From Auanema rhodensis (lineage: Eukaryota; Animalia; Nematoda): DNA of 64,000 bases. Under the pieces are notes generated by a model. It saw nothing but the letters and a program-made list of their open reading frames with translations, did not search any database and was not told the DNA's origin. Position 1 is the stretch's first letter. Each line of letters begins with the position of its first letter. Positions 41,601-55,079 of this stretch are shown piece after piece. The translations under genes were made by a program, and so were the position numbers. The stretch lies in the NCBI GenBank assembly GCA_964057225.1, contig OZ059900.1, positions 3,720,001 through 3,784,000 of the forward strand. The letters are read 5' to 3'.

Positions 41601-44600
41601 TAGCATTACTACACTAAGTATGGTCGTTTTTATGCCTTTAACACCATATACTCACCGATTTTTGGTACAAAATCTGTAATACTCGTAAATTTTGATCATA
41701 TTCGTTAAGATTTGAGAATCAAACATACAATACACAAAATCAGTCTATTTTTATGAGCTTGCACTGATATATATTCATTTTGATCAAAAAAGCTCGAAAA
41801 TAGAAAGAATTTTTGAAATTTCCGAGTTTTGAGTCTAATTTGGCTAAATCGCTCATTTATATGATCAGAAGCAAAGTTTTATTGTCTATGACAACAAAAG
41901 TCATCAATTAAACGCTAGTGATGTTTAAATACTAATTTTCGCTCAAATAGCATTACTACACTAAGTATGGTCGTTTTTATGCCTTTAACACCATATACTC
42001 ACCGATTTTTGCTACAAAATCTGTAATACTTGTGAATTTTGATCATATTCGTTAAGATTCGAGAATCAAACACATAATACACGAAATAAGTCTATTTTTA
42101 TGAGTTTACACTGATATTTATTCATTTTGATCAAAAAAGGTCGAAAATAGAAAGAATTTTTGAAATTTCCGAGTTTTGAGTCCAATTTGGCTAAATCGCT
42201 CATATATATGATCAAAAGCATAGTTTTATTGTCTATAACAACAAAAGTCATCAATTAAACGCTAGTGATGTTTTAATACTGAATTTCGCTCAAATAGCAT
42301 TACTACACTAAGTATGGTCGTTTTTATGCCTTTAACACCATATACTCACCGATTTTTGGTACAAAATCTGTAATACTCGTAAATTTTGATCATATTTGTT
42401 AAGATTTGAGAATCAAACATACAATACACAAAATCAGTCTATTTTTATGAGCTTGCACTGATATATATTCATTTTGATCAAAAAAGCTCGAAAATAGAAA
42501 GAATTTTTGAAATTTCCGAGTTTTGAGTCTAATTTGGCTAAATCGCTCATATATATGATCAGAAGCATAGTTTTATTGTCTATGACAACAAAAGTCATTA
42601 ATTAAACACTAATGATGTTTAAATCACTAAATTTCGCTCAAATAGCATTACTACACTAAGTATGGTCGTTTTTATGCCTTTAACACCATATACTCACCGA
42701 TTTTTGGTACAAAATCTGTGATACTCGTAAATTTTGATCATATTCGGTGAGATTCAAGAATCAAACACACAATACACAAAATCAGTCTATGTTTATGAGC
42801 TTGCACTGATATATATTCATTTTGATCAAAAAAGGTCGAAAATAGAAAGAATTTTTGAAATTTCCGAGTTTTGAGTCTAATTTGGCTAAATCGCTCATTT
42901 ATATGATCAGAAGCAAAGTTCTATTGTCTATGACAACAAAAGTCATCAATTAAACGCTAGTGATGTTTAAATACTAATTTTCGCTCAAATAGCATTACTA
43001 CACTAAGTATGGTCGTTTTCATGCCTTTAACACCATATACTCACCGATTTTTGGTACAAAATCTGTAATACTTGTAAATTTCGATCATATTCGTTAAGAT
43101 TCGAGAATCAAACACATAATACACAAAATAAGTCTATTTTTATGAGTTTGCACTGATATTTATTCATTTTGATCAAAAAAGGTCGAAAATAGAAAGAATT
43201 TTTGAATTTTCCGAGTTTTGAGTCCAATTGGGCTAAATCGCTCATATATATGATCAAAAACATAGTTTTATTGTCTATAACAACAAAAGTCATCAATTAA
43301 ACGCTAGTGATGTTTAAATACTGATTTTCGCTCAAATAGCATTACTACACTAAGTATGGTCGTTTTTATGCCTTTAACACCATATACTCACCGATTTTTG
43401 GTACAAAATCTGTGATACTCGTAAATTTTGATCATATTCGGTGAGATTCGAGAATCAAACACACAATACACGAAATAAGTTCATTTTTACGAGTTTGCAC
43501 TGATATTTATTCATTTTGATCAAAAAAGGTCGAAAATAGAAAGAATTTTTGAAATTTCCGAGTTTTGAGTCTAATTTGGCTAAATCGCTCATATATAAGA
43601 TCAAAAGCATAGTTTTATTGTCTATGACAACAAAAGTCATCAATTAAACGCTAGTGATGTTTAAATACTGAATTTCGCTCAAATAGCATTACTACACTAA
43701 GTATGGTCGTTTTTATGCCTTTAACACCATATACTCACCGATTTTTGGTACAAAATCTGTAATACTCGTAAATTTTGATCATATTCGTTAAGATTTGAGA
43801 ATCAAACATACAATACACAAAATCAGTCTATTTTTATGAGCTTGCACTGATATATATTCATTTTGATCAAAAAAGCTCGAAAATAGAAAGAATTTTTGAA
43901 ATTTCCGAGTTTTGAGTCTAATTTGGCTAAATCGCTCATTTATATGATCAGAAGCAAAGTTTTATTGTCTATGACAACAAAAGTCATCAATTAAACGCTA
44001 GTGATGTTTAAATACTAATTTTCGCTCAAATAGCATTACTACACTAAGTATGGTCGTTTTTATGCCTTTAACACCATATACTCACCGATCTTTGCTACAA
44101 AATCTGTAATACTTGTGAATTTTGATCATATTCGTTAAGATTCGAGAATCAAACACATAATACACGGAATAAGTCTATTTTTATGAGTTTACACTGATAT
44201 TTATTCATTTTGATCAAAAAAGGTCGAAAATAGAAAGAATTTTTGAAATTTCCGAGTTTTGAGTCCAATTTGGCTAAATCGCTCATATATATGATCAAAA
44301 GCATAGTTTTATTGTCTATAACAACAAAAGTCATCAATTAAACGCTAGTGATGTTTTAATACTGAATTTCGCTCAAATAGCATTACTACACTAAGTATGG
44401 TCGTTTTTATGCCTTTAACACCATATACTCACCGATTTTTGGTACAAAATCTGTGATACTCGTAAATTTTGATCATATTTGTTAAGATTCGAAAATCAAA
44501 CACACAATACACGAAATAAGTTTATTTTTACAAGTTTGCACTGATATTTATTCATTTTGATCAAAAAAGGTCGAAAAAGGTCGAAAATAGAAAGAATTTT

Positions 44601-46800
44601 TGAAATTTCCGAGTTTTGAGTCTAATTTGGCTAAATCGCTCATATATATGATCAGAAGCATAGTTTTATTGTCTATGACAACAAAAGTCATTAATTAAAC
44701 ACTAATGATGTTTAAATCACTAAATTTCGCTCAAATAGCATTACTACACTAAGTATGGTCGTTTTTATGCCTTTAACACCATATACTCACCGATTTTTGG
44801 TACAAAATCTGTAATACTCGTAAATTTTGATCATATTCGTTAAGATTTGAGAATCAAACACACAATACACAAAATCAGTCTATTTTTATGAGCTTGCACT
44901 GATATATATTCATTTTGATCAAAAAAGGTCGAAAATAGAAAGAATTTTTGAAATTTCCGAGTTTTGAGTCTAATTTGGCTAAATCGCTCATATATATGAT
45001 CAGAAGCATAGTTTTATGGTCTATGACAACAAAAGTCATCAATTAAACGCTAGTGATGTTTAAATACTGATTTTCGCTCAAATAGCATTACTACACTAAG
45101 TATGGTCGTTTTTATGCCTTTAACACCATATACTCACCGATTTTTGGTACAAAATCTGTAATACTCGTAAATTTCGATCATATTCGTTAAGATTTGAGAA
45201 TCAAACACACAATACACAAAATCAGTCTATTTTTATAAGCTTGCACTAATATATATTCATTTTGATCAAAAAAGGTCGAAAATAGAAAGAATTTTTGAAA
45301 TTTCCGAGTTTTGAGTCTAATTTGGCTAAATCGCTCATATATATGATCAGAAGCATAGTTTTATGGTCTATGACAACAAAAGTCATCAATTAAACGCTAG
45401 TGATGTTTAAATACTGATTTTCGCTCAAATAGCATTACTACACTAAGTATGGTCGTTTTTATGCCTTTAACACCATATACTCACCGATTTTTGGTACAAA
45501 ATCTGTGATACTCGTAAATTTTGATCATATTCGGTGAGATTCGAGAATCAAACACATAATACACGAAATAAGTTTATTTTTACGAGTTTGCACTGATATT
45601 TATTCATTTTGATCAAAAAAGGTCGAAAATAGAAAGAATTTTTGAAATTTCCGAGTTTTGAGTCCAATTGGGCTAAATCGCTCATATATATGATCAAAAG
45701 CATAGTTTTACTGTCTATGATAACAAAAGTCATCAATTAAACGCTAGTGATGTTTAAATACTAATTTTCGCTCAAATAGCATTACTACACTAAGTATGGT
45801 CGTTTTTATGCCTTTAACACCATATACTCACCGATTTTTGGTACAAAATCTGTAATACTTGTAAATTTCGATCATATTCGGTGAGATTCGAGAATCAAAC
45901 ACACAATACACGAAATAAGTTCATTTTTACGAGTTTGCACTGATATTTATTCATTTTGATCAAAAAAGGTCGAAAATAGAAAGAATTTTTGAAATTTCCG
46001 AGTTTTGAGTCTAATTTGGCTAAATCGCTCATATATATGATCAAAAGCATAGTTTTATTGTCTATGACAACAAAAGTCATCAATTAAACGGTAGTGATGT
46101 TTAAATACTGATTTTCGCTCAAATAGCATTACTACACTAAGTATGGTCGTTTTTATGCCTTTAACACCATATACTCACCGATTTTTGGTACAAAATCTGT
46201 AATACTCGTAAATTTCGATCATATTCGTTAAGATTTGAGAATCAAACACACAATACACAAAATCAGTCTATTTTTATAAGCTTGCACTGATATATATTCA
46301 TTTTGATCAAAAAAGGTCGAAAATAGAAAGAATTTTTGAAATTTCCGAGTTTTGAGTCTAATTTGGCTAAATCGCTCATATATATGATCAGAAGCATAGT
46401 TTTATGGTCTATGACAACAAAAGTCATCAATTAAACGCTAGTGATGTTTAAATACTGATTTTCGCTCAAATAGCATTACTACACTAAGTATGGTCGTTTT
46501 TATGCCTTTAACACCATATACTCACCGATTTTTGGTACAAAATCTGTGATACTCGTAAATTTTGATCATATTCGGTGAGATTCGAGAATCAAACACACAA
46601 TACACGAAATAAGTTTATTTTTACGAGTTTGCACTGATATTTATTCATTTTGATCAAAAAAGGTCGAAAATAGAAAGAATTTTTGAAATTTCCGAGTTTT
46701 GAGTCCAATTGGGCTAAATCGCTCATATATATGATCAAAAGCATAGTTTTACTGTCTATGATAACAAAAGTCATCAATTAAACGCTAGTGATGTTTAAAT
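35676..46800. repeat. Long-range duplicated block, copy 2 (compact form)
   Basis: Same ordered variants as 1-18720, without the extra 645-bp and 6952-bp internal duplications. The match ends near 18726/46804 (ATACTGAATT vs ATACTAATTT). Confidence 0.9.
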
Positions 46801-48800
46801 ACTAATTTTCGCTCAAATAGCATTACTACACTAAGTATGGTCGTTTTTATGCCTTTAACACCATATACTCACCGATTTTTGGTACAAAATCTGTAATACT
46901 TGTAAATTTCGATCATATTCGGTGAGATTCGAGAATCAAACACACAATACACGAAATAAGTTTATTTTTACGAGTTTGCACTGATATTTATTCATTTTGA
47001 TCAAAAAAGGTCGAAAATAGAAAGAATTTTTGAAATTTCCGAGTTTTGAGTCTAATTTGGCTAAATCGCTCATATATATGATCAAAAGCATAGTTTTATT
47101 GTCTATGACAACAAAAGTCATCAATTAAACGCTAGTGATGTTTAAATACTGAATTTCGCTCAAATAGCATTACTACACTAAGTATGGTCGTTTTTATGCC
47201 TTTAACACCATATACTCACCGATTTTTGGTACAAAATCTGTAATACTCGTAAATTTTGATCATATTCGTTAAGATTTGAGAATCAAACATACAATACACA
47301 AAATCAGTCTATTTTTATGAGCTTGCACTGATATATATTTATTTTGATCAAAAAAGGTCGAAAATAGAAAGAATTTTTGAAATTTCCGAGTTTTGAGTCT
47401 AATTTGGCTAAATCGCTCATTTATATGATCAGAAGCAAAGTTTTATTGTCTATGACAACTGACAACATTACTACACTAAGTATGGTCGTTTTTATGCCTT
47501 TAACACCATATACTCACCGATTTTTGGTACAAAATCTGTGATACTCGTAAATTTTGATCATATTCGGTGAGATTCGAGAATCAAACACACAATACACGAA
47601 ATAAGTTTTTTTTTACGAGTTTGCACTGATATTTATTCATTTTGATCAAAAAAGGTCGAAAATAGAAAGAATTTTTGAATTTTCCGAGTTTTGAGTCCAA
47701 TTGGGCTAAATCGCTCATATATATGATCAAAAACATAGTTTTATTGTCTATAACAACAAAAGTCATCAATTAAACGCTAGTGATGTTTAAATACTGATTT
47801 TCGCTCAAATAGCATTACTACACTAAGTATGGTCGTTTTTATGCCTTTAACACCATATACTCACCGATTTTTGGTACAAAATCTGTGATACTCGTAAATT
47901 TTGATCATATTCGGTGAGATTCGAGAATCAAACACACAATACACGAAATAAGTTCATTTTTACGAGTTTGCACTGATATTTATTCATTTTGATCAAAAAA
48001 GGTCGAAAATAGAAAGAATTTTTGAAATTTCCGAGTTTTGAGTCTAATTTGGCTAAATCGCTCATATATATGATCAAAAGCATAGTTTTATTGTCTATGA
48101 CAACAAAAGTCATTAATTAAACGCTAGTGATGTTTAAATACTGAATTTCGCTCAAATAGCATTACTACACTAAGTATGGTCGTTTTTATGCCTTTAACAC
48201 CATATACTCACCGATTTTTGGTACAAAATCTGTAATACTCGTAAATTTTGATCATATTCGTTAAGATTTGAGAATCAAACATACAATACACAAAATCAGT
48301 CTATTTTTTTGAGCTTGCACTGATATATATTCATTTTGATCAAAAAAGGTCGAAAATAGAAAGAATTTTTGAAATTTCCGAGTTTTGAGTCTAATTTGGC
48401 TAAATCGCTCATATATATGATCAGAAGCATAGTTTTATGGTCTATGACAACAAAAGTCATCAATTAAACGCTAGTGATGTTTAAATACTGAATTTCGCTC
48501 AAATAGCATTACTACACTAAGTATGGTCGTTTTTATGCCTTTAACACCATATACTCACCGATTTTTGGTACAAAATCTGTAATACTCGTAAATTTTGATC
48601 ATATTCGTTAAGATTTGAGAATCAAACACACAATACACAAAATCAGTCTATTTTTATGAGTTTGCATCGATATATATTCATTTTGATCAAAAAAAGTCGA
48701 AAATAGAAAGAATTTTTGAATTTTCCGAGTTTTGAGTCCAATTGGGCTAAATCGCTCATATATATGATCAAAAACATAGTTTTATTGTCTATAACAACAA
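46250..48800. repeat. Partial repeat of about 36570-39120 at offset 9679 (28-monomer higher-order period); related third copy about 53330-55400
   Basis: ORF pairs 36910/46589, 37257/46936, 37902/47581 and 38249/47928; 9679 = 28x347-49+10+2. Further pairs 46936/53482, 47581/54127 and 47928/54474 lie at offset 6546 = 19x347-49+2. Confidence 0.85.
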
Positions 48801-48899
48801 AAGTCTTTAAATATACACTAATAATGTGTAAATCACTGAATTTCACTCAAATAGCATTACTACACTAAGTATGGTCGTTTTTATGCCTTTAACACCATA

Positions 48900-51250
48900 T
48901 ACTCACCGATTTTTGGTACAAAATCTGTAATACTCGTAAATTTTGATCATATTCGTTAAGATTTGAGAATCAAACATACAATACACAAAATCAGTCTATT
49001 TTTATGAGCTTGCACTGATATATATTCATTTTGATCAAAAAAGGTCGAAAATAGAAAGAATTTTTGAAATTTCCGAGTTTTGAGTCTAATTTGGCTAAAT
49101 CGCTCATATATATGATCAGAAGCATAGTTTTATGGTCTATGACAACAAAAGTCATCAATTAAACGCTAGTGATGTTTAAATACTGAATTTCGCTCAAATA
49201 GCATTACTACACTAAGTATGGTCGTTTTTATGCCGTTAACACCATATACTCACCGATTTTTGGTACAAAATCTGTAATACTCGTAAATTTTGATCATATT
49301 CGTTAAGATTTGAGAATCAAACACACAATACACGAAATAAGTTTATTTTTACGAGTTTGCACTGATATTTATTCATTTTGATCAAAAAAGGTCGAAAATA
49401 GAAAGAATTTTTGAATTTTCCGAGTTTTGAGTCCAATTGGGCTAAATCGCTCATATATATGATCAAAAACATAGTTTTATTGTCTATAACAACAAAAGTC
49501 ATCAATTAAACGCTAGTGATGTTTAAATACTGATTTTCGCTCAAATAGCATTACTACACTAAGTATGGTCGTTTTTATGCCTTTAACACCATATACTCAC
49601 CGATTTTTGGTACAAAATCTGTGATACTCGTAAATTTTGATCATATTCGGTGAGATTCGAGAATCAAACACACAATACACGAAATAAGTTCATTTTTACG
49701 AGTTTGCACTGATATTTATTCATTTTGATCAAAAAAGGTCGAAAATAGAAAGAATTTTTGAAATTTCCGAGTTTTGAGTCTAATTTGGCTAAATCGCTCA
49801 TATATATGATCAAAAGCATAGTTTTATTGTCTATGACAACAAAAGTCATTAATTAAACGCTAGTGATGTTTAAATACTGAATTTCGCTCAAATAGCATTA
49901 CTACACTAAGTATGGTCGTTTTTATGCCTTTAACACCATATACTCACCGATTTTTGATACAAAATCTGTAATACTCGTAAATTTTGATCATATTCGTTAA
50001 GATTTGAGAATCAAACATACAATACACAAAATCAGTCTATTTTTATGAGCTTGCACTGATATATATTCATTTTGATCAAAAAAGGTCGAAAATAGAAAGA
50101 ATTTTTGAAATTTCCGAGTTTTGAGTCTAATTTGGCTAAATCGCTCATATATATGATCAGAAGCATAGTTTTATGGTCTATGACAACAAAAGTCATCAAT
50201 TAAACGCTAGTGATGTTTAAATACTGAATTTCGCTCAAATAGCATTACTACACTAAGTATGGTCGTTTTTATGCCGTTAACACCATATACTCACCGATTT
50301 TTGGTACAAAATCTGTAATACTCGTAAATTTTGATCATATTCGTTAAGATTTGAGAATCAAACACACAATACACGAAATAAGTTTATTTTTACGAGTTTG
50401 CACTGATATTTATTCATTTTGATCAAAAAAGGTCGAAAATAGAAAGAATTTTTGAATTTTCCGAGTTTTGAGTCCAATTGGGCTAAATCGCTCATATATA
50501 TGATCAAAAACATAGTTTTATTGTCTATAACAACAAAAGTCATCAATTAAACGCTAGTGATGTTTAAATACTGATTTTCGCTCAAATAGCATTACTACAC
50601 TAAGTATGGTCGTTTTTATGCCTTTAACACCATATACTCACCGATTTTTGGTACAAAATCTGTGATACTCGTAAATTTTGATCATATTCGGTGAGATTCG
50701 AGAATCAAACACACAATACACGAAATAAGTTCATTTTTACGAGTTTGCACTGATATTTATTCATTTTGATCAAAAAAGGTCGAAAATAGAAAGAATTTTT
50801 GAAATTTCCGAGTTTTGAGTCTAATTTGGCTAAATCGCTCATATATATGATCAAAAGCATAGTTTTATTGTCTATGACAACAAAAGTCATTAATTAAACG
50901 CTAGTGATGTTTAAATACTGAATTTCGCTCAAATAGCATTACTACACTAAGTATGGTCGTTTTTATGCCTTTAACACCATATACTCACCGATTTTTGGTA
51001 CAAAATCTGTAATACTCGTAAATTTTGATCATATTCGTTAAGATTTGAGAATCAAACATACAATACACAAAATCAGTCTATTTTTATGAGCTTGCACTGA
51101 TATATATTCATTTTGATCAAAAAAGGTCGAAAATAGAAAGAATTTTTGAAATTTCCGAGTTTTGAGTCTAATTTGGCTAAATCGCTCATATATATGATCA
51201 GAAGCATAGTTTTATGGTCTATGACAACAAAAGTCATCAATTAAACGCTA
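48900..51250. repeat. Tandem duplication with 3-monomer period (1041 bp)
   Basis: ORF pairs 49317/50358 and 49664/50705; marker ATGCCGTTAAC near 49232 and 50273. Confidence 0.87.
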
Positions 51251-54200
51251 GTGATGTTTAAATACTGATTTTCGCTCAAATAGCATTACTACACTAAGTA
51301 TGGTCGTTTTTATGCCTTTAACACCATATACTCACCGATTTTTGGTACAAAATCTGTAATACTCGTAAATTTCGATCATATTTGTTAAGATTTGAGAATC
51401 AAACACACAATACACAAAATCAGTCTATTTTTATAAGCTTGCACTGATATATATTCATTTTGATCAAAAAAGGTCGAAAATAGAAAGAATTTTTGAAATT
51501 TCCGAGTTTTGAGTCTAATTTGGCTAAATCGCTCATATATATGATCAGAAGCATAGTTTTATGGTCTATGACAACAAAAGTCATCAATTAAACGCTAGTG
51601 ATGTTTAAATACTGATTTTCGCTCAAATAGCATTACTACACTAAGTATGGTCGTTTTTATGCCTTTAACACCATATACTCACCGATTTTTGGTACAAAAT
51701 CTGTGATACTCGTAAATTTTGATCATATTCGGTGAGATTCGAGAATCAAACACACAATACACGAAATAAGTTTATTTTTACGAGTTTGCACTGATATTTA
51801 TTCATTTTGATCAAAAAAGGTCGAAAATAGAAAGAATTTTTGAAATTTCCGAGTTTTGAGTCCAATTGGGCTAAATCGCTCATATATATGATCAAAAGCA
51901 TAGTTTTACTGTCTATGATAACAAAAGTCATCAATTAAACGCTAGTGATGTTTAAATACTAATTTTCGCTCAAATAGCATTACTACACTAAGTATGGTCG
52001 TTTTTATGCCTTTAACACCATATACTCACCGATTTTTGGTACAAAATCTGTAATACTTGTAAATTTCGATCATATTCGGTGAGATTCGAGAATCAAACAC
52101 ACAATACACGAAATAAGTTCATTTTTACGAGTTTGCACTGATATTTATTCATTTTGATCAAAAAAGGTCGAAAATAGAAAGAATTTTTGAAATTTCCGAG
52201 TTTTGAGTCTAATTTGGCTAAATCGCTCATATATATGATCAAAAGCATAGTTTTATTGTCTATGACAACAAAAGTCATCAATTAAACGCTAGTGATGTTT
52301 AAATACTGATTTTCGCTCAAATAGCATTACTACACTAAGTATGGTCGTTTTTATGCCTTTAACACCATATACTCACCGATTTTTGGTACAAAATCTGTAA
52401 TACTCGTAAATTTCGATCATATTCGTTAAGATTTGAGAATCAAACACACAATACACAAAATCAGTCTATTTTTATAAGCTTGCACTGATATATATTCATT
52501 TTGATCAAAAAAGGTCGAAAATAGAAAGAATTTTTGAAATTTCCGAGTTTTGAGTCTAATTTGGCTAAATCGCTCATATATATGATCAGAAGCATAGTTT
52601 TATGGTCTATGATAACAAAAGTCATCAATTAAACGCTAGTGATGTTTAAATACTGATTTTCGCTCAAATAGCATTACTACACTAAGTATGGTCGTTTTTA
52701 TGCCTTTAACACCATATACTCACCGATTTTTGGTACAAAATCTGTGATACTCGTAAATTTTGATCATATTCGGTGAGATTCGAGAATCAAACACACAATA
52801 CACGAAATAAGTTTATTTTTACGAGTTTGCACTGATATTTATTCATTTTGATCAAAAAAGGTCGAAAATAGAAAGAATTTTTGAAATTTCCGAGTTTTGA
52901 GTCCAATTGGGCTAAATCGCTCATATATATGATCAAAAGCATAGTTTTACTGTCTATGATAACAAAAGTCTTCAAATATACACTAATAATGATTAAATCA
53001 CTGAATTTCACTCAAATAGCATTACTACACTAAGTATGGTCGTTTTTATGCCTTTAACACCATATACTCACCGATTTTTGATACAAAATCTGTGATACTC
53101 GTAAATTTTGATCATATTCGGTGAGATTCGAGAATCAAACACACAATACACGAAATAAGTTTATTTTTACGAGTTTGCACTGATATTTATTCATTTTGAT
53201 CAAAAAAGGTCGAAAATAGAAAGAATTTTTGAAATTTCCGAGTTTTGAGTCTAATTTGGCTAAATCGCTCATTTATATGATCAGAAGCAAAGTTTTATTG
53301 TCTATGACAACAAAAGTCATCAATTAAACGCTAGTGATGTTTAAATACTAATTTTCGCTCAAATAGCATTACTACACTAAGTATGGTCGTTTTTATGCCT
53401 TTAACACCATATACTCACCGATTTTTGGTACAAAATCTGTAATACTTGTAAATTTCGATCATATTCGGTGAGATTCGAGAATCAAACACACAATACACGA
53501 AATAAGTTTATTTTTACGAGTTTGCACTGATATTTATTCATTTTGATCAAAAAAGGTCGAAAATAGAAAGAATTTTTGAAATTTCCGAGTTTTGAGTCTA
53601 ATTTGGCTAAATCGCTCATATATATGATCAAAAGCATAGTTTTATTGTCTATGACAACAAAAGTCATCAATTAAACGCTAGTGATGTTTAAATACTGAAT
53701 TTCGCTCAAATAGCATTACTACACTAAGTATGGTCGTTTTTATGCCTTTAACACCATATACTCACCGATTTTTGGTACAAAATCTGTAATACTCGTAAAT
53801 TTTGATCATATTCGTTAAGATTTGAGAATCAAACATACAATACACAAAATCAGTCTATTTTTATGAGCTTGCACTGATATATATTTATTTTGATCAAAAA
53901 AGGTCGAAAATAGAAAGAATTTTTGAAATTTCCGAGTTTTGAGTCTAATTTGGCTAAATCGCTCATTTATATGATCAGAAGCAAAGTTTTATTGTCTATG
54001 ACAACTGACAACATTACTACACTAAGTATGGTCGTTTTTATGCCTTTAACACCATATACTCACCGATTTTTGGTACAAAATCTGTGATACTCGTAAATTT
54101 TGATCATATTCGGTGAGATTCGAGAATCAAACACACAATACACGAAATAAGTTTATTTTTACGAGTTTGCACTGATATTTATTCATTTTGATCAAAAAAG

Positions 54201-55079
54201 GTCGAAAATAGAAAGAATTTTTGAATTTTCCGAGTTTTGAGTCCAATTGGGCTAAATCGCTCATATATATGATCAAAAACATAGTTTTATTGTCTATAAC
54301 AACAAAAGTCATCAATTAAACGCTAGTGATGTTTAAATACTGATTTTCGCTCAAATAGCATTACTACACTAAGTATGGTCGTTTTTATGCCTTTAACACC
54401 ATATACTCACCGATTTTTGGTACAAAATCTGTGATACTCGTAAATTTTGATCATATTCGGTGAGATTCGAGAATCAAACACACAATACACGAAATAAGTT
54501 CATTTTTACGAGTTTGCACTGATATTTATTCATTTTGATCAAAAAAGGTCGAAAATAGAAAGAATTTTTGAAATTTCCGAGTTTTGAGTCTAATTTGGCT
54601 AAATCGCTCATATATATGATCAAAAGCATAGTTTTATTGTCTATGACAACAAAAGTCATTAATTAAACGCTAGTGATGTTTAAATACTGAATTTCGCTCA
54701 AATAGCATTACTACACTAAGTATGGTCGTTTTTATGCCTTTAACACCATATACTCACCGATTTTTGGTACAAAATCTGTAATACTCGTAAATTTTGATCA
54801 TATTCGTTAAGATTTGAGAATCAAACATACAATACACAAAATCAGTCTATTTTTTTGAGCTTGCACTGATATATATTCATTTTGATCAAAAAAGGTCGAA
54901 AATAGAAAGAATTTTTGAAATTTCCGAGTTTTGAGTCTAATTTGGCTAAATCGCTCATATATATGATCAGAAGCATAGTTTTATGGTCTATGACAACAAA
55001 AGTCATCAATTAAACGCTAGTGATGTTTAAATACTGAATTTCGCTCAAATAGCATTACTACACTAAGTATGGTCGTTTT

